A stretch of DNA of 64,000 nt, from assembly GCA_004431415.1 (NCBI GenBank), contig QPMI01000652.1, positions 1-64,000 on the forward strand, written 5' to 3'. Positions 1 to 11,970 of the stretch are shown piece after piece. The DNA comes from Cyanophora paradoxa CCMP329. Its lineage: Eukaryota > Plantae > Glaucophyta. How positions within the stretch are numbered: position 1 is the stretch's first letter; each line of letters begins with the position of its first letter. The translations under genes were made by a program, and so were the position numbers. The notes beneath the pieces are model-generated. The model was given only the letters and a program-made list of their open reading frames with translations. It was not told where the DNA came from and ran no database searches.

Positions 1-1440
1 GGCTCGCGGCGGGCTCCGCTGGACTCAGACCGCTGGCTGTTCACGACGGAGGGCCACCCGCTGCCCCTCCTGCGCCTCCCCAAGCCCTCGTACCCCGTCG
101 AGCCTCTCCTCGAGATCCCCCCCGCCGAGCTCCGCTACATCGCCGGCTTCCAGGCGCGCCCCGCGCGCATCCCCAGCCCCGCCCTCTCTCAGGCACGCTG
201 ATGGCGGCCTCGGGCAGTGCGCGGCGTACCGGCGGGGGGAGCAGTGCCGGGCGCGGAGCGCGTACGCGGTGATGACCCCCCAGGAGCTCCTCGACGCCTT
301 CGTCTACGGCATCGGCCACGGCGTGCGCCCCCGCCCCCCCGCCCCGCCGCCCCCGCCGCCACCCGCCTCGTCCCAGCCCCGGGGCCCGCCGCAGGTGATG
401 CCCCAGCTGGAGTACAACGCGGTGCTCCGGCGGCAGCGCGAGGCGCAGCAGGCGCAGCACGCGCAGCAGGCGCAGCAGAAGCAGCAGCAGCAGGCGGCGG
501 GGGCGCCCAAGGGGCGGGGCCGGGGGCAGGCGCAGGCGCAGCAGCGGATGGTGCAGGTGGAGGTGGTGGGGGACACGGGGGGCCAGCCGGTGCACGTCGA
601 CGTGCGCCCCGCCGGGGACGGGATGGCAGAGATCGTCACCCGCGTCGGCTCCCAGGCCTACTCCACCCTCGTCGAGGGCCCGCCCCGCCCCGCGCCGCGC
701 CGCGCCGCGCCGCCCTCGCCGAGGCCGGGGCGCAGAGCGGCTGCTGCAGGAGGGTGCGGAGGAGGAGGACGAGGGCGGCGCCTACGCCGGCCTCGTCCGC
801 ATCCGCGGCGCCCCGACCTCGACGGCGTCCGCCCGCCCCGCCCTGCCCCGCCCCGCCCCGCCCGCCCGAGTCGGCCGCGCAGGAGCACGCCGCGGCGACG
901 GCGGAGTTCGGGCGGAGCTGCCGGTGGGGTTCGAGGGGAGGGCCCGCCCCCGCACGCCATGCTGCCGATCGCCCTCGCCGACCGCCCGAGGCCTGCGACG
1001 CCCTCGCCGCCCCGTGCCCCCGGCGCCCTCCTCCTCGCCCGCCGCGGCGCCTGCTCCTTCGCCAGGCCCGCCCGCCCGCCCCGCCGCGCGCCGCGGGGGC
1101 GTGGTGCCGGGCGATGCGGGAGCGCAGGAAGGGCGGGTGGCGGAGGAGGCGGGCGCCGGCGGCCTGCTCGTCGTCTCGGACGAGGAGCGGCCCTTCGGCA
1201 TGAGCGACGGTCCCCGCCCCGCCCGCGCCCCGGCCCGCGCCCCGCCGCGCGCGCCTCACCCCGGGGGCGTCGCAGACGGGACGGGGGAGGGCCTGCGCCT
1301 CGCCTGCGCGATGGTCGCCAAGTCCTCGGCGACCGCATCGAGGCCCTCCCCGCCCACCCCGGCCCGCATCCACGCCCCTGACGCTCCCTCGCAGGCCGCC
1401 ATCCGCGCCGGCCGCGCCCTCGCCGCCGCCCTCGCCGCCG
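1..1440 (+). CDS. 3' part of host EDEM3-like ER alpha-1,2-mannosidase (GH47 C-terminus + PA domain), multi-exon, partial
   Basis: Frame 1 at 34-66 reads WLFTTEGHPLP, the GH47 C-terminal F(N/T)TE(A/G)HP motif. Later exons read GALLLARRGACSFA / KGRVAEEAGAGGLLVVSDEERPFGM / DGTGEGLRLACAMV, a PA-domain signature. GH47+PA is the EDEM3 architecture. Exon structure and end are approximate, with frameshifts near 900-1060. Confidence 0.6.
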
Positions 1441-2877
1441 CCCCGCCCCCTCGCCCGCCCCCGCTCCGCCAGCGCCTCATCCAGGTAGCCCCTCCCGCCT
1501 TCTTCCGCTCTCCTCCGGACGTGACGGCGGCCTCAGATCCGCCTCCCTCCGCGGGGCCGAGCGGGCCGGGAGGCGGCGGCGGGCCGCACGCTGGCGTCGC
1601 CTCCCAAGTCCTGCCCCGCCTCCCCGCTCCCGTCGGCGGCCACCGCGGCGGCCCCCCCGGCGGCCCAGCACGAGATCCCGCCGCTCTCGCCTCCCCGCCC
1701 CCGATCCCTCCCAGGCCCCCGGCTCCGTCCCGTCCCCGTCCCGCCGCACTCCCCGTCGCCCCTCGCGGAGACGCCGGCGGCAGCGGCTGCAGGCGACTCG
1801 GGCGCCGCCAGCCCCTCGCCCTCCCCCTCGGAGGCCCCGCCGCCACGCCCACCGCCCGGCTGGGGCGCCGCCTCCCCTGCGCCCCGCGCCCCGCCGCCCC
1901 GCCGAAGGCCCCCGCGGCCCCCGCGCCCTGCCGAGCCGCCCATCGGCAACCGCCCCAGGCCGGGCGGCGGAGGCGGCTAGGGCGATAGCTATAGGATTCC
2001 GAGCTCTAGGGGCTGGTGGCCTATGTATTGACTCCTCCATTCCCGACTCGGCGAAGCTCCGTACCGCACTGCAGCTGCGGCATGCCATGATGCGTAGTCA
2101 CGGCCATGGCCATGGCCTCGGGATCTCGATCCGCCGCCGTGCGGCCTTCAAGGCTTCGGACTTGGGAGCCATGAATCAGTAGACTCAGTGTGACTTGCAA
2201 TTGGAATTCAATGATTTCCCGAAATTAATATCATAGTATTCACCGTGGCACCAAACTTAAGCTTGAAGATTAAAGGAACTTCGTCGGAAGTCCGACCGTC
2301 GGACGGTCTCGGCCCGCGTCGACGTCGGCCCGGCGGCCGGGGCGGGGGCGCGTACGGCGCTGACTGTCGGCGACTGCGGGCTTCGAATTCAGGCCCGGCG
2401 GCCGCCGGGCCCGGGGCTTCGAGCAATTGCACTGCGGCACTGGCGGCACTGCGGCATGCGCAAGCTGCGAATTCTCAAGTTCTTGAATTGCATACGCGTG
2501 CCTAGGTGCCACCAGAACTGGACCCCCCCCAAAGGAGGCTATTCCGGGGGCCCCTGAACGGAACCAAGGCCGTTTAAGGCATCTCCGAGGCCCAGAGGCT
2601 CAGGAAAAAATACCAGTTCCATACCCGGAGCGGATCCTAGGGTCTCGGGGGGAGGCCCCCCCGGGACCCCCCCGCCCCCAACTCGCCAGGAGAGGCCCGG
2701 GGAATGGAACCGGCGCTCTATTTCAACACTACGAGACCCGCAGACGCTAAATACGCGCTCCCCGCGGCGCCGGGGCGCGCCGGCGGCGCCGGCCGGGGGC
2801 GGATCAAATCTGCGCCCCGAGGCCCCCCGGAGGCTCCGAGAGGGCCGGCCGAGGCCGGGGCGAGGGGCGGAGCCGGC

Positions 2878-2889
2878 CATATATAGGGG
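2878..2889 (+). promoter_or_regulatory. TATA-like box upstream of protease-recombinase gene
   Basis: CATATATAGGGG about 75 nt before ATG 2959, in a very GC-rich background. Confidence 0.5.
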
Positions 2890-2958
2890 CCCGAGCTAAT
2901 AGAAGGTCCACGGGAGCGAGCGGAGAGGCGCAGGGGGCGGGGCGGAGGGCGGGGCGGG

Positions 2959-5689
2959 ATGTTCAGCGTGGTCAAGGACGCCTACGAGGTCGCCGAGTTC
3001 GACGGCCTGTGGGGCCGGGACCGCCTGATCCTGCTGCGCTCCGACGCCGGCCTCGTCGTGCCCGTCGCCGAGCTGCGCCGCATCCTCATCTACGCCCCCG
3101 ATGAGCCGCCGGAGGACCCCGACCGGGCGCTGGCGGACCTGTACCGCGTCCCCTGCAGGCCCGTCGCGAGCGAGGAGACGATCCTGCTGCTCGAGATGCT
3201 CGGCGTGATCCGCCGCGGGGCGCACCGGCCCGACGGGAGCCCGCCGCGCGTCGTCTCCCTCCGCCACGCCGAGCAGATCGTGTGCGAGCGGTGGGACGAG
3301 GACCCCGGGGTGAGCGCGAGGAAGCGGTGCGTCGCCCGCCACATCCTCGCCGCGATCGAGCGCCGCCGGCTCGAGTCGTTCGAGCGCGTCGAGCTCCGCG
3401 TCCTCCGCCTCGGGCCCTCCAGCGCCACCCGCGTCTTTGCCCTCCGCTGCAAGCGCATCGAGGTCCCCGTGAGCGGCGCCCCCGACCAAGCACCGCCCCG
3501 GCGCCCCGCCCCGCCCCGCGCCCCACGCTCACCCGGCCTCAGGACGTCGAGTGGTACGCGCCCATCGCGTCCCTCGCGCAGGCGGCGTACGGCTCCTCGC
3601 GGGACGTGCCCTCGCTGCGGGCCGAGATCAGGCGCAAGCACCCCGACCTCGGGGCCGACTCGCCTTTTCGCTTCGAGGCACGGACCGACGTCGTCGGGCG
3701 GGCCCGCTTCGCCCTCCTCACCAAGGCGCGCGCCCGCCTCCCGCCTCCCGAGCGCGCCCCGGGCGCCGGCTGATCGATATTGTGACCGCCCGCGGCCGGG
3801 GGGTCAGACGCTGACGCTGTACGCCGGGCTGAACGCCGAGGTCGAGGGCGAGGCGACGCGCGGGGCGGCGCGCAAGTGGGGCTTCATCAGCCTCGCCGGC
3901 GCCGAGAGGATCCTCCAGGGCCTGCCGCGCTTCGGGGACGAGCTCCTCGTGCCGTTCCGCCGCCAGCGCCTCGCCCTCGAGGGCGCCGACGCCGCCGAGA
4001 TCGAGGCCGCCGCGCCGCTGCCCCTCGCCCCCGCCCGCCGCATCGCCATCTTTACGAAGCGCGAGTGGCTCACGGTAAGCAGAGGGACGCGCGGGGCCGG
4101 GGCGCGGGGATCGAGGCGGAGGGGCCGGGGGGCGCTGACCGCGGGCGGCGGCGGCAGGACCAGCACATCGCCAACTGCCTCTCGATCGTGCTGGCGCGGG
4201 CCAGCGCGGCGCCCCGCGTCCGAGCCCTGTACCCCATGACGCTCGACATTGCGACGAGCCTCCTCCGCCGCCACGCGCGCGCCAGCCCCGAGAAGCGCCG
4301 GCGCCGCGCCCTGGGGGCGGCGGAAGAGGGGCGCGTCATCCTCTGCCCCGTCTCGGGCGGGCTCGTGCGGCGCGGGTCGGAGCGAACCTGGAGCGCGGGG
4401 GGCCACTGGACGCTCCTCGTGATCTCCGGCGACCTGCGCCGCACCCGCTACTTTGACAGCCTGGGCGCGCGCCCGGACCCGTCGCTGGAGCGGGCGGCGA
4501 AAAAGGCCTTTCCGAACTTTGAGTTCGAGGTCGAGACGCAGCTGCGGCTGCAGGCCGATGGGTACCAGTGCGGCATCTGTGCGCGCGCCGCCGCCGCTCA
4601 GCGAGTGGTACCGGTACGGTGCAAGGGGAAGGGACGCCGACGCACCCGTGCGCGCGCAGGGGTCCTCTACTTTGCGGAGAGCGTGGTGAGCGAGGCGCTC
4701 CTCGGCTTTCCCTGGGACGACGAGCTGCGCACCGGCGCCCTCCACTACCTGCGCACCAAGTCGCCCTCGTACGAGGAGAGAAAGGCGATCAACGGGCGCT
4801 TCATCGCGGGAAAGAGGGAGCACTTTCGGAGCCTGCTCGAGTCGGCGCTCGTCGGCGACGTCTACCTCTTCTGCGAGGCCGACGTCGCCGATCCGGAGCG
4901 CGTGACGCTCCCGCCGCCGGCCGCCGCGGGCGAGGCCGCCGCCGCCGCCGCCGCCGCCGCCGAGGGAGGCCCCGCCGGCGGCGGACGGGGGCCGCTGGTC
5001 ATCTCCTCGTCCTCTTCCTCGTCGTCCTCGTCGTCCGCCCCGTCCGACGAGGCCGACGAGGCCCAAGGCGGGGCCGCGGACGGCGGCGCCGACGGCGAGG
5101 CAGAGGGCCTGGAGCTGGAGGCGGCGCCGGAGGCGAGCGAGGGCGAGGCGAGGGCGAGGGGCCGCAGAGGGCGGGCGGTCGCGCCCGGAGCCGTACGCGC
5201 TGCCGGAGGGCGAGTGGAGCCGCGAGCTGCGGGCGCAGATGAAGCTCTTCGAGGAGTGGAGGACGAGGGCGATCAACCCGGACCGCGCGGGGGCGGCCGT
5301 CGAGCGGAGCACGGCCCTGACGAACGACGTCGGTGAGCGGGCGCGGCGGCGGCGGCGGAGATGCATATGGGCGGGGCGGGGGACGGAGGAAAGGGGGCTC
5401 ACGGGGAATCGACGCAGGGACGGTGGGGCGCTTCCTGGGGTACCTGGCGGCGAGGGAGGAGGTCAGACCGCTCTCGTTCGACGTCTTCTCGCGGGGGGAC
5501 CTGATCGACCTGTGGATGCGGTTCCTGACGTTTCTCAAGGAGGAGAGGAAGCTCACCGCGGGGACGCTGAGCGGCTACACCAGCTCGATCATCATGGCCG
5601 CCGCCTTTGTGCACTCGAGGACGGGCGCCGCGACGGGGAGCGAGGGCCCGCACGCCCGCGCCCTGAAGAACGTCAAGGTCAGAGGCGCT

Positions 5690-5721
<32 letters not shown>

Positions 5722-6689
5722 AGAGGGATCTAGAGAGAGGAGGAGAGGGGCGGAAGAGGGTCGGGGCGGGGGCTACGAACCCGACGCCCGCCCGCCCGCA
5801 GGCGCAGCTGGAAAAGGAGAAGCGGGAGGAGCGCAAGTGGCGGCCGCGGGGCGAGAACTGGGTCGAGTACGAGCAGGTCCTGGGCGCCCGGCTCGCCGCC
5901 CTCGAGCAGTACGAGGGCGCGAAGACGGACTACGAGCGGGCCCAGGCCCTCCGCGAGGCCTGCCTCCTCGGCTTCCTCGCCGTCACGCCGGCCCGCGTCG
6001 GGATCATCCGCCGCCTGCGCGTGGGGGTGAGCCTGCGGCGCGACGCGGGGGCGTGGTGCATCGTCATCGACTCGATGCGGGCGGACGACGGGACGGGGGA
6101 GATGGCCCTCGCGAGCAAGACGGCCCGCTTCCACGGGGCCCTCTCGATCCCCGTCGCCGCCGTCCTGCAGGAGCCGCTCACCCTCTTCGTGGAGCGCTTC
6201 CGCCGCCTCCTCATCCCCGACGGCGCCCCCGACCAGCAGTGGCTCTTCACCAGCTCGAGCGGCGGCGTCCTCAGCGAGAGCGGCTACGGCGCCTGGGTCA
6301 AGCGGGCGCGTCGGAGGGGTGGCGGGGCGGGGCCGGGGCTCACCGCCGCGCCGGCAGGTGCTGGAGCGGTGGACGGGCAAGCCGGTCTCTGCACGCGCCA
6401 TGAGGGCCGTCCTGACGACCTACGTGCGGGAGCGGGCGGCGGCGCACCAGATCGAGGGGACACGGCGGCGGCGGTGATCGAGGGGACGGCCCGCCTCCTG
6501 CAGCACAGCGTCCAGACGGCGACGACGCACTACGACTACGGCGCCCGCGCCCGCCAGGCCGCCGCCGCCGTCGCGTTCTTCGAGATGGCCGCCCAGCAGC
6601 ACGCCGCCCGCCGCGCGGCCGAGGGCGCCGACCGCGAGCGCCTCCCGGCCCGTCCCGCCGCCCGCGGCCGCCGGCTCCTCTGCGGCTCC

Positions 6690-6721
<32 letters not shown>

Positions 6722-7933
6722 CGGGGCGCCGACGGGCCGGACGAGGGGGTACCGGTGGCGCAGCCCGCCGCCGAGCCCGAGCCCGAGCCCCGCGCCGGCG
6801 CCCCGTCTCCCCCTCCTCCTCGTCGTCCACCGCGACGCCGCCGCGCCGCGCAGCGCGGAGGACGGCGCCCCGAAGCCTGCGGAAGAGGATGAGGAGAGCG
6901 ACGGCGGGAGCGGGCGGGCCGCTCGGGAGGCGCGAGCTCGTACTCGGAAGACGGCGAGGATTCCACGGGGAGCGGGCCTCGAGCGGCGGCGAAGAGGGCC
7001 GGAGCAGAAGCGGAGGCGCTTCCCGTGGCAGAAGCAGAACCCGTTCACGAGGCCCGGGATGCAGGTCGAGCGCGACCTCGCGATCGCCGAGGGGAGGTAC
7101 TGCGCCCCGTGCGTCAAGGTGAGGCCCGCCCGCCGTCCGCCCCGCCCCGCCCCGCCCGCCCCTCTCCCGCGGACCGACCCGGCAGCGCCCGCGCGAGCAG
7201 ATCTTCCGCACCGCGGCGGGGTACCAGCGCCACCGGGCGACGTCCAAGGCGCACGGCCGAGGGGCCGGGGCGGGGCGGGGCGGCCGCCGGCGGGGTCCAG
7301 GGCCGCGCCGCGCGGCGCGGGCGGGACGGGGACGGGGAGGAAGAAGAGGAGGAGGAGGGGGAGGAGCAGGTCGGCGGCGAGCCCCCGCGGCCCGCGGGCC
7401 GCTCTGGCACCTGCGCTGGACGTCGGCGTCGCCCTTTCGGGCGGGCCAGGTCGTGGCGGCGCTCACCTCGCACGCGGCGGATCCCCTGCCGCGCCCCGTC
7501 TTTGCCCGCCTCGTCGCGACGGTGCCGCTCCCCTCGGGCGAGACGGAGAACCGCTTCGTCGTGCTCCGGCGCTTCGGGCCCTGTACGCGCCGTCGACCGA
7601 GGGCGGGCCCGGCGACTGGGGCGGCCCCGCGCGCTCGTACCGGTGCAGAGCGAGTCGAGGAACGGCGCCGTCGACGTGCTGACGAAAAGCGAGCGGATCT
7701 TCGACCTCCTCGGCCTGGGCTCCTCCTCGTCGGCGCCGCCGCCGCCGGCGCCGCCGCCGGCCCCGCGGGCCCGGCCCGCGACGAGGAGCGCGAGCGCGGG
7801 CCCCGCGGCGCGGCCGCCCGCCGAAGCGCGGGGCCCGCTCCGCGTAGCCCCTGCGGCCGCCCTCGAGCCGCCCCCGCCTCCCACCAGCTGCAGAGATCGA
7901 GCGCGCGCGGGCTGGGCGCGGCCCGGGAGCTGA
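2959..7933 (+). CDS. Multi-exon protein: unknown N-terminus + Ulp1/C48-like cysteine protease + tyrosine recombinase + C2H2 zinc finger
   Basis: Frame-restoring introns: 3469-3542 GT, 3726-3807 GC, 4075-4157 GT, 4579-4659 GT, 5333-5417 GT, 5678-5801 GT, 6306-6357 GC, 7119-7200 GT. Needs small indels near 5140-5185 and 6456-6459. The last exon and stop are uncertain. Confidence 0.6.
4066..4700 (+). CDS. Ulp1/SENP-like (C48, clan CE) cysteine protease domain
   Basis: Spliced motifs WLT|DQHI, HWTLLVI (His 4404), YFDSL (Asp 4455) and QADGYQCGI|WVL (Gln 4551, Cys 4569) give the full H-D-Q-C set in Ulp1 order. Confidence 0.85.
5190..6560 (+). CDS. Tyrosine recombinase/integrase domain
   Basis: SAM-like N-terminal part (FLTFLKEERKLTAGTLSGY). 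Catalytic motifs in order: TPARVG (Arg 5994), ASKT (Lys 6117), WLF, SARAMR (Arg 6403), LLQHS (His 6504), TATTHYD (Tyr 6531). Confidence 0.85.
5699..5725. repeat. (GA)n microsatellite inside intron
   Basis: GA run within intron 5678-5801. Confidence 0.9.
7098..7254 (+). CDS. C2H2 (U1/JAZ-like) zinc finger split by an intron
   Basis: YCAPCVK|IFRTAAGYQRHRATSKAH after removing intron 7119-7200. Confidence 0.6.
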
Positions 7934-8050
7934 AGAGGTCGGCCGAACTGCGCGTGCGTAAAAAGAGGCCGGCGGGAGGAGACGCGGGGCGGCAAGCTAG
8001 CTGCAGCGCGCGCGGGCGCCGGGGCGCGAGCGCGTGCGACGCCGGCTTCG

Positions 8051-8461
8051 ATGGGGGACGCACCGGGGCCGCCGACGACGACTCCAGCGACGACGCAGTC
8101 GATCCTGGAGCGCGCAGGCTCGCAGCATGCCGTGTACCTGCTCCAGAGCGAAAAGGCGGGCGCCGGCGTGACCTACACCGGCTCCACCAGCTGCCTGGCG
8201 CGCCGGCTCAAGGAGCACCAAACGGGGGCGATCAAGGGCGCGTACACGGCCGGAAGGGGCCCCTGGCGACTCGTGGCTGCGGCGTGGGGCTTTGCAGACG
8301 CCGCCGGCGCGCGTTCGTTCGAGATGCGCGTCAAGAAGCGCTCCGGCGGCGCGAAGCGCAAGCTCCACGCCATGCGCGACATGGCGCATGAGGGTGCGAG
8401 CGCGGGCCTGGCGTTTGGGCTCGCCGAGGGCCTCGTGGGCGGCTGCGGCGAGGTCGGGTGA
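8051..8461 (+). CDS. GIY-YIG endonuclease, SLX1-like
   Basis: VYLL...TYTGST..LARRLKEH..GAIKGAYT..RGPW.LV...GF...A..FE; intronless, 136 aa. Confidence 0.9.
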   Translation: MGDAPGPPTTTPATTQSILERAGSQHAVYLLQSEKAGAGVTYTGSTSCLARRLKEHQTGAIKGAYTAGRGPWRLVAAAWGFADAAGARSFEMRVKKRSGGAKRKLHAMRDMAHEGASAGLAFGLAEGLVGGCGEVG

Positions 8462-9359
8462 GGAAGGCAGGACGGGCCGCGATCGCGCGCCCGAGGCTAG
8501 CCTAGCGGATGAAGAGTCGGATGTAGAACCTTGAAGAAGCGCGAGATGCCGCTCCCGCGATGCTGCCTGCGCTCGCCGGGTACGAGGCTTTAAGCACGGG
8601 GGGGGGGGGAAAGGAGGGGGAGAGGTTGGGGGGGGGAGAGGGGGGGAGGGGGGAAGCGGAGCCACGTTGCGACAACGTCGGTCAGTGTTCGAGACCGGGA
8701 CCCAAGCGGCGCCGGCGGGCCGCAGCTCGCGCTCTGCGATCGGATTTGGAGACGTTATGCGAGAGCGGGTGCCTCCAGCCCGGCGCGGCCGAGCGCAGAT
8801 GCGAATGGCGGGCGATGGGCCGAGCCTCGCGGCGCCCTCCAGCAGGCCGCCCGCCGGCCTGGGCACCGTGCTTCGAACTGCCTCTGCGCCAGGCCTAGGC
8901 TCCTTCCGGTGAGCTGGTGCGCCCTCGAGCTCGCGCGGCCGCCGGCGACGACCGCACACACAGCAGCACAGCAGCACAGCAGCACCCAGCTGTGCAGCGC
9001 GCTCCGCTTACCGTCCAGGCGAACCGCCGGGGCATAGCTCGCGGCGCCGGCGCGGCTCCCCCGCCCCCATGCCTCGGCTCCTCCGATCCCCGTCGACGGC
9101 AAGGCGGCGGCGCCGTCCTGCAGGCCCAAGCTCGGCGCCGCGGAATCGGGTGCGAGGGGCAAGCCAGAGGCCCCAACCCGCCCCCGCCTCTGCAACCGCC
9201 CGACCGCCCGCGCCGCCATGCGCAGCCGCAGTGCCGCGGATCGCGGCGAGCTCAGCGATTCCGAGCGTGCGTGCATCTTCCGGGTGCGGCGGGGCGGCGC
9301 TCCTAGAATTCCCCAGCCCGCCCCTCTCGCAGCCGGCCTCGCGCCGCGCTCACTCGCCC

Positions 9360-9840
9360 CTAACCCCCGTACCCCGCGCAGCGCGCGGTCTACGGCCCTG
9401 TGGCGGATTCCGGGTACGGGCCGTGTACCCCTCTCTGCTCCGGGCGGCGCGCCGCCGACTCTTCCGATCTACGGGTCCGGCCCCTCCCAGCGGTGCCCCG
9501 CCGCGCTCGCCGACCCCCGTACCCCCGCAGCCTGCGCTACACTGGCCGTGGCGCATTCCGGCTACGGACCGTGTACCCCCTCCCTGCGCCGCGGCACCTC
9601 GCGAGGGGCGGCTCGCTCGAGCGGTTCGGCATGCTTCAGAGGCCCAGCGGAACCGACCTCAGGGGGGGGAGCGGCACCGTGCCCCGAATCGACCCGTCGC
9701 GAGGTCAGAGCCGCCCCGCGCCCCTGCCCCTCCCCCTAGACCCCCTCTGCCGCCCCGCCCCTTCTGATTCGGGACGGGGGCGGGGGAATGCAGGAACGAC
9801 CCTGAGGGGGGTAGCGGCACCCTACCCGGAACCGGCCGGG
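9360..9840. repeat. Degenerate locus of the 34-bp core repeat
   Basis: + copies GATTCCGGGTACGGGCCGTGTACCCC (9406) and ATTCCGGCTACGGACCGTGTACCCC (9555), followed by decayed - copies (GAATCGACC near 9686; GGGGTAGCGGCACCCTACCCGGAACC near 9808). Confidence 0.65.
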
Positions 9841-10067
9841 CGGCTCGATGGAGATGCGGCGGTCCCGCGCGCGACGGGGCGGCCCGCTGGGCCCGGCCCG
9901 CCTTAAAGGGAACCCGGCAGCCGCTCTCTCGGGCCAAGGATCGCGGTCCTTCGACCCCCCGCAGACGCGCCCAGGTGCGCCGCCCACGCCCGCGCCCTCC
10001 CCCCTCGGCGACCCCGCCCGCCGGCCCCTCGCTCCGCACCGACGCCCGCGTCTGCGCAGGCGAGAGC

Positions 10068-11962
10068 ATGCCGGGCCGCGCGATCGAGGGCTCCGGCGGC
10101 GCCGGAGCGGTGGTGGCGGCGGCTCGCTCCCCGGCCGTCAAAAAGGCAAAGCAGGGCGGGCGCGGCGGCGGCGGCGGCGGCGGTGGAGGCGGAGGCGGCG
10201 GCGGCGGGCCGACCGAGGGACCCGCCGAGGACGCCGGCGGGGCGCCCGCCCGCAGCAGCAGCAGCAGGAGCGCGAGCACGACGGGGGCTCCGAGGGGCGC
10301 CCCGACGCCGAGCCTGGCGCCGCGGCCGCCGCGCCGCCGGCGCCCCCGGCAAGCCCAAGCGCCCCGCGGTGCGTTCCCCTCTCTCGCCGCCCCGGCCAAC
10401 TCTCATCCCGCCCGCGCCGCGCAGCCCGCGGGACGGCCGGCGGCACCCCCCCGCCCTCTCGGGGAAGCGCGCCAAGCTCTTTGCCGACGGCACCGGTGCG
10501 TCCCGTACCCCCCTCCCCTTTCCCTTTTTTCCCTCCCAGGGCCGCCCGCGCCGATGGGCGTCCCGGGGCGCAGGTCGCGGCGCCGAGGGGGGCGCCAGAG
10601 GCGCCGCGGAAGAGGCGCACGCCGCCGGCTTGGCGGGCGAGCGCTCGGACGGCTCCGGCCATGACGGCGGCAGCGAGGGGGACGGCAGCCAGCGCGAGGT
10701 GGGGCCGGACCCCCCCTCCCCCCTCCCTCCCCGCCCGGTTCGTCCCCTCTGACCGGTCTGCGCGCAGGGCCCCGGCTCGCACGACGAAGAAGACGACGAC
10801 GAAGGCAACGACGAGCGGGGCGACGAGGACGGGGCGGCAGCGACGCCGACGGGGCGACGGACCGCGCCCACGGGCGGGGCGGGGCCGGGGACCGGCCCTC
10901 AGCGCCGAGCTGCGCCGCGCGGCCGGCCTCCCGCCGGCGGTGACGCGGCGGGAGCGGGCGATCCGGGCCCGCTGGGCGCGCGCGGCGGCGCACCGCCGGG
11001 CGGCGGCGGCGCGGGAGGCGCTGGCGGAGCGGCTGCAGTCGACGCTGCGCCCGCGGGCCGAGCGGCTCGAGGCGCGCGCCGCCGAGCTGGGGCCCGAGGC
11101 GGCGGCCGCCGAGGCGGCCCACGTGCGGATGGTGGCGGAGCGGGCGGAGCTGCAGCTCGCCGCCTGCAAGGGCCGCCCGGGGCTCGAGCCCTCGATGCGG
11201 GCGGCGGCGGAGCGGGCGCGGCGCCAGCTCGAGACCGAGGAGCGGCGCGCCGCCCGCGCGCGATCCGCCAAGGCCGCCGCCGTCGCCGCGCGGCGCCGCG
11301 TCGAGGACGCCGAGGAGGCGCTGGAGGAGGACCCGAGCCCGGAGCCGATCTTCACCCCACCGGCCGCCGGCGCCTCCAGCGCCATCTACTGGGTCGCCCT
11401 CGCCGCCGCCCTCGCCCTCGGCGGCCCCGCCGCCGCCGACCCCGACGCCCAGGACCGCGCCGCCGCCGAGGCGGCCGCCGAGGCTGCCGCCGAGGCCGCC
11501 GCCGCCGCCGCCGTCGTCGACTCGTTCTCTTCTTCGTCTCCTCCGGAGGCGAAGACGGCCGCTCCGGCGCCGGCCCCGGAGCCCGGCCCCGCCCCGAGGC
11601 TCCTGCCCACGAGGCCGAGGGCGCCGCCCCTGCAGACGCCTAATCGAGACCCCTCCCCCCCCCCCCTCCCCACCCCCCCCCTCCCCACCCCGCCCCCTCT
11701 CCCTCTTTCTCCAACGACGAACGAAGCGCCTTCAGGACCCCCCGAGACGTTACGGGGTAGATGCAGGCGCGGGGTGGAGGGGGTGGGAGGGGGGGAGGGG
11801 GGAAGAATGCCAAGGGATTCCCGGGCGGCGTCGGGAATCCCGGGTCGAGCCGTCGAGACCGCGGGGTCGATAAAAGGGGTTGCGCGGTGCCATCTCACAA
11901 CACGAGCGTGCACTATCGCCCGAGAAAAGGCCGCCCACCCCCACCAATTCTCGTACCGCTAG
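10068..11962 (+). CDS. Hypothetical multi-exon low-complexity/coiled-coil protein with a hydrophobic segment
   Basis: TTAAAGGG at 9903 and ATG 10068. Candidate introns near 10368, 10496 and 10699. A/E/R-rich helical exon at 10890-11340, then IYWVALAAALAL. The true stop is probably earlier than 11962. Confidence 0.4.
11814..11879 (+). promoter_or_regulatory. Element promoter: GGGATTCCC + GGGAATCCC + GATAAAAGGGG
   Basis: Motifs at 11814, 11833 and 11869; ATG 11971. Confidence 0.75.
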
Positions 11963-11970
11963 AGATACCG

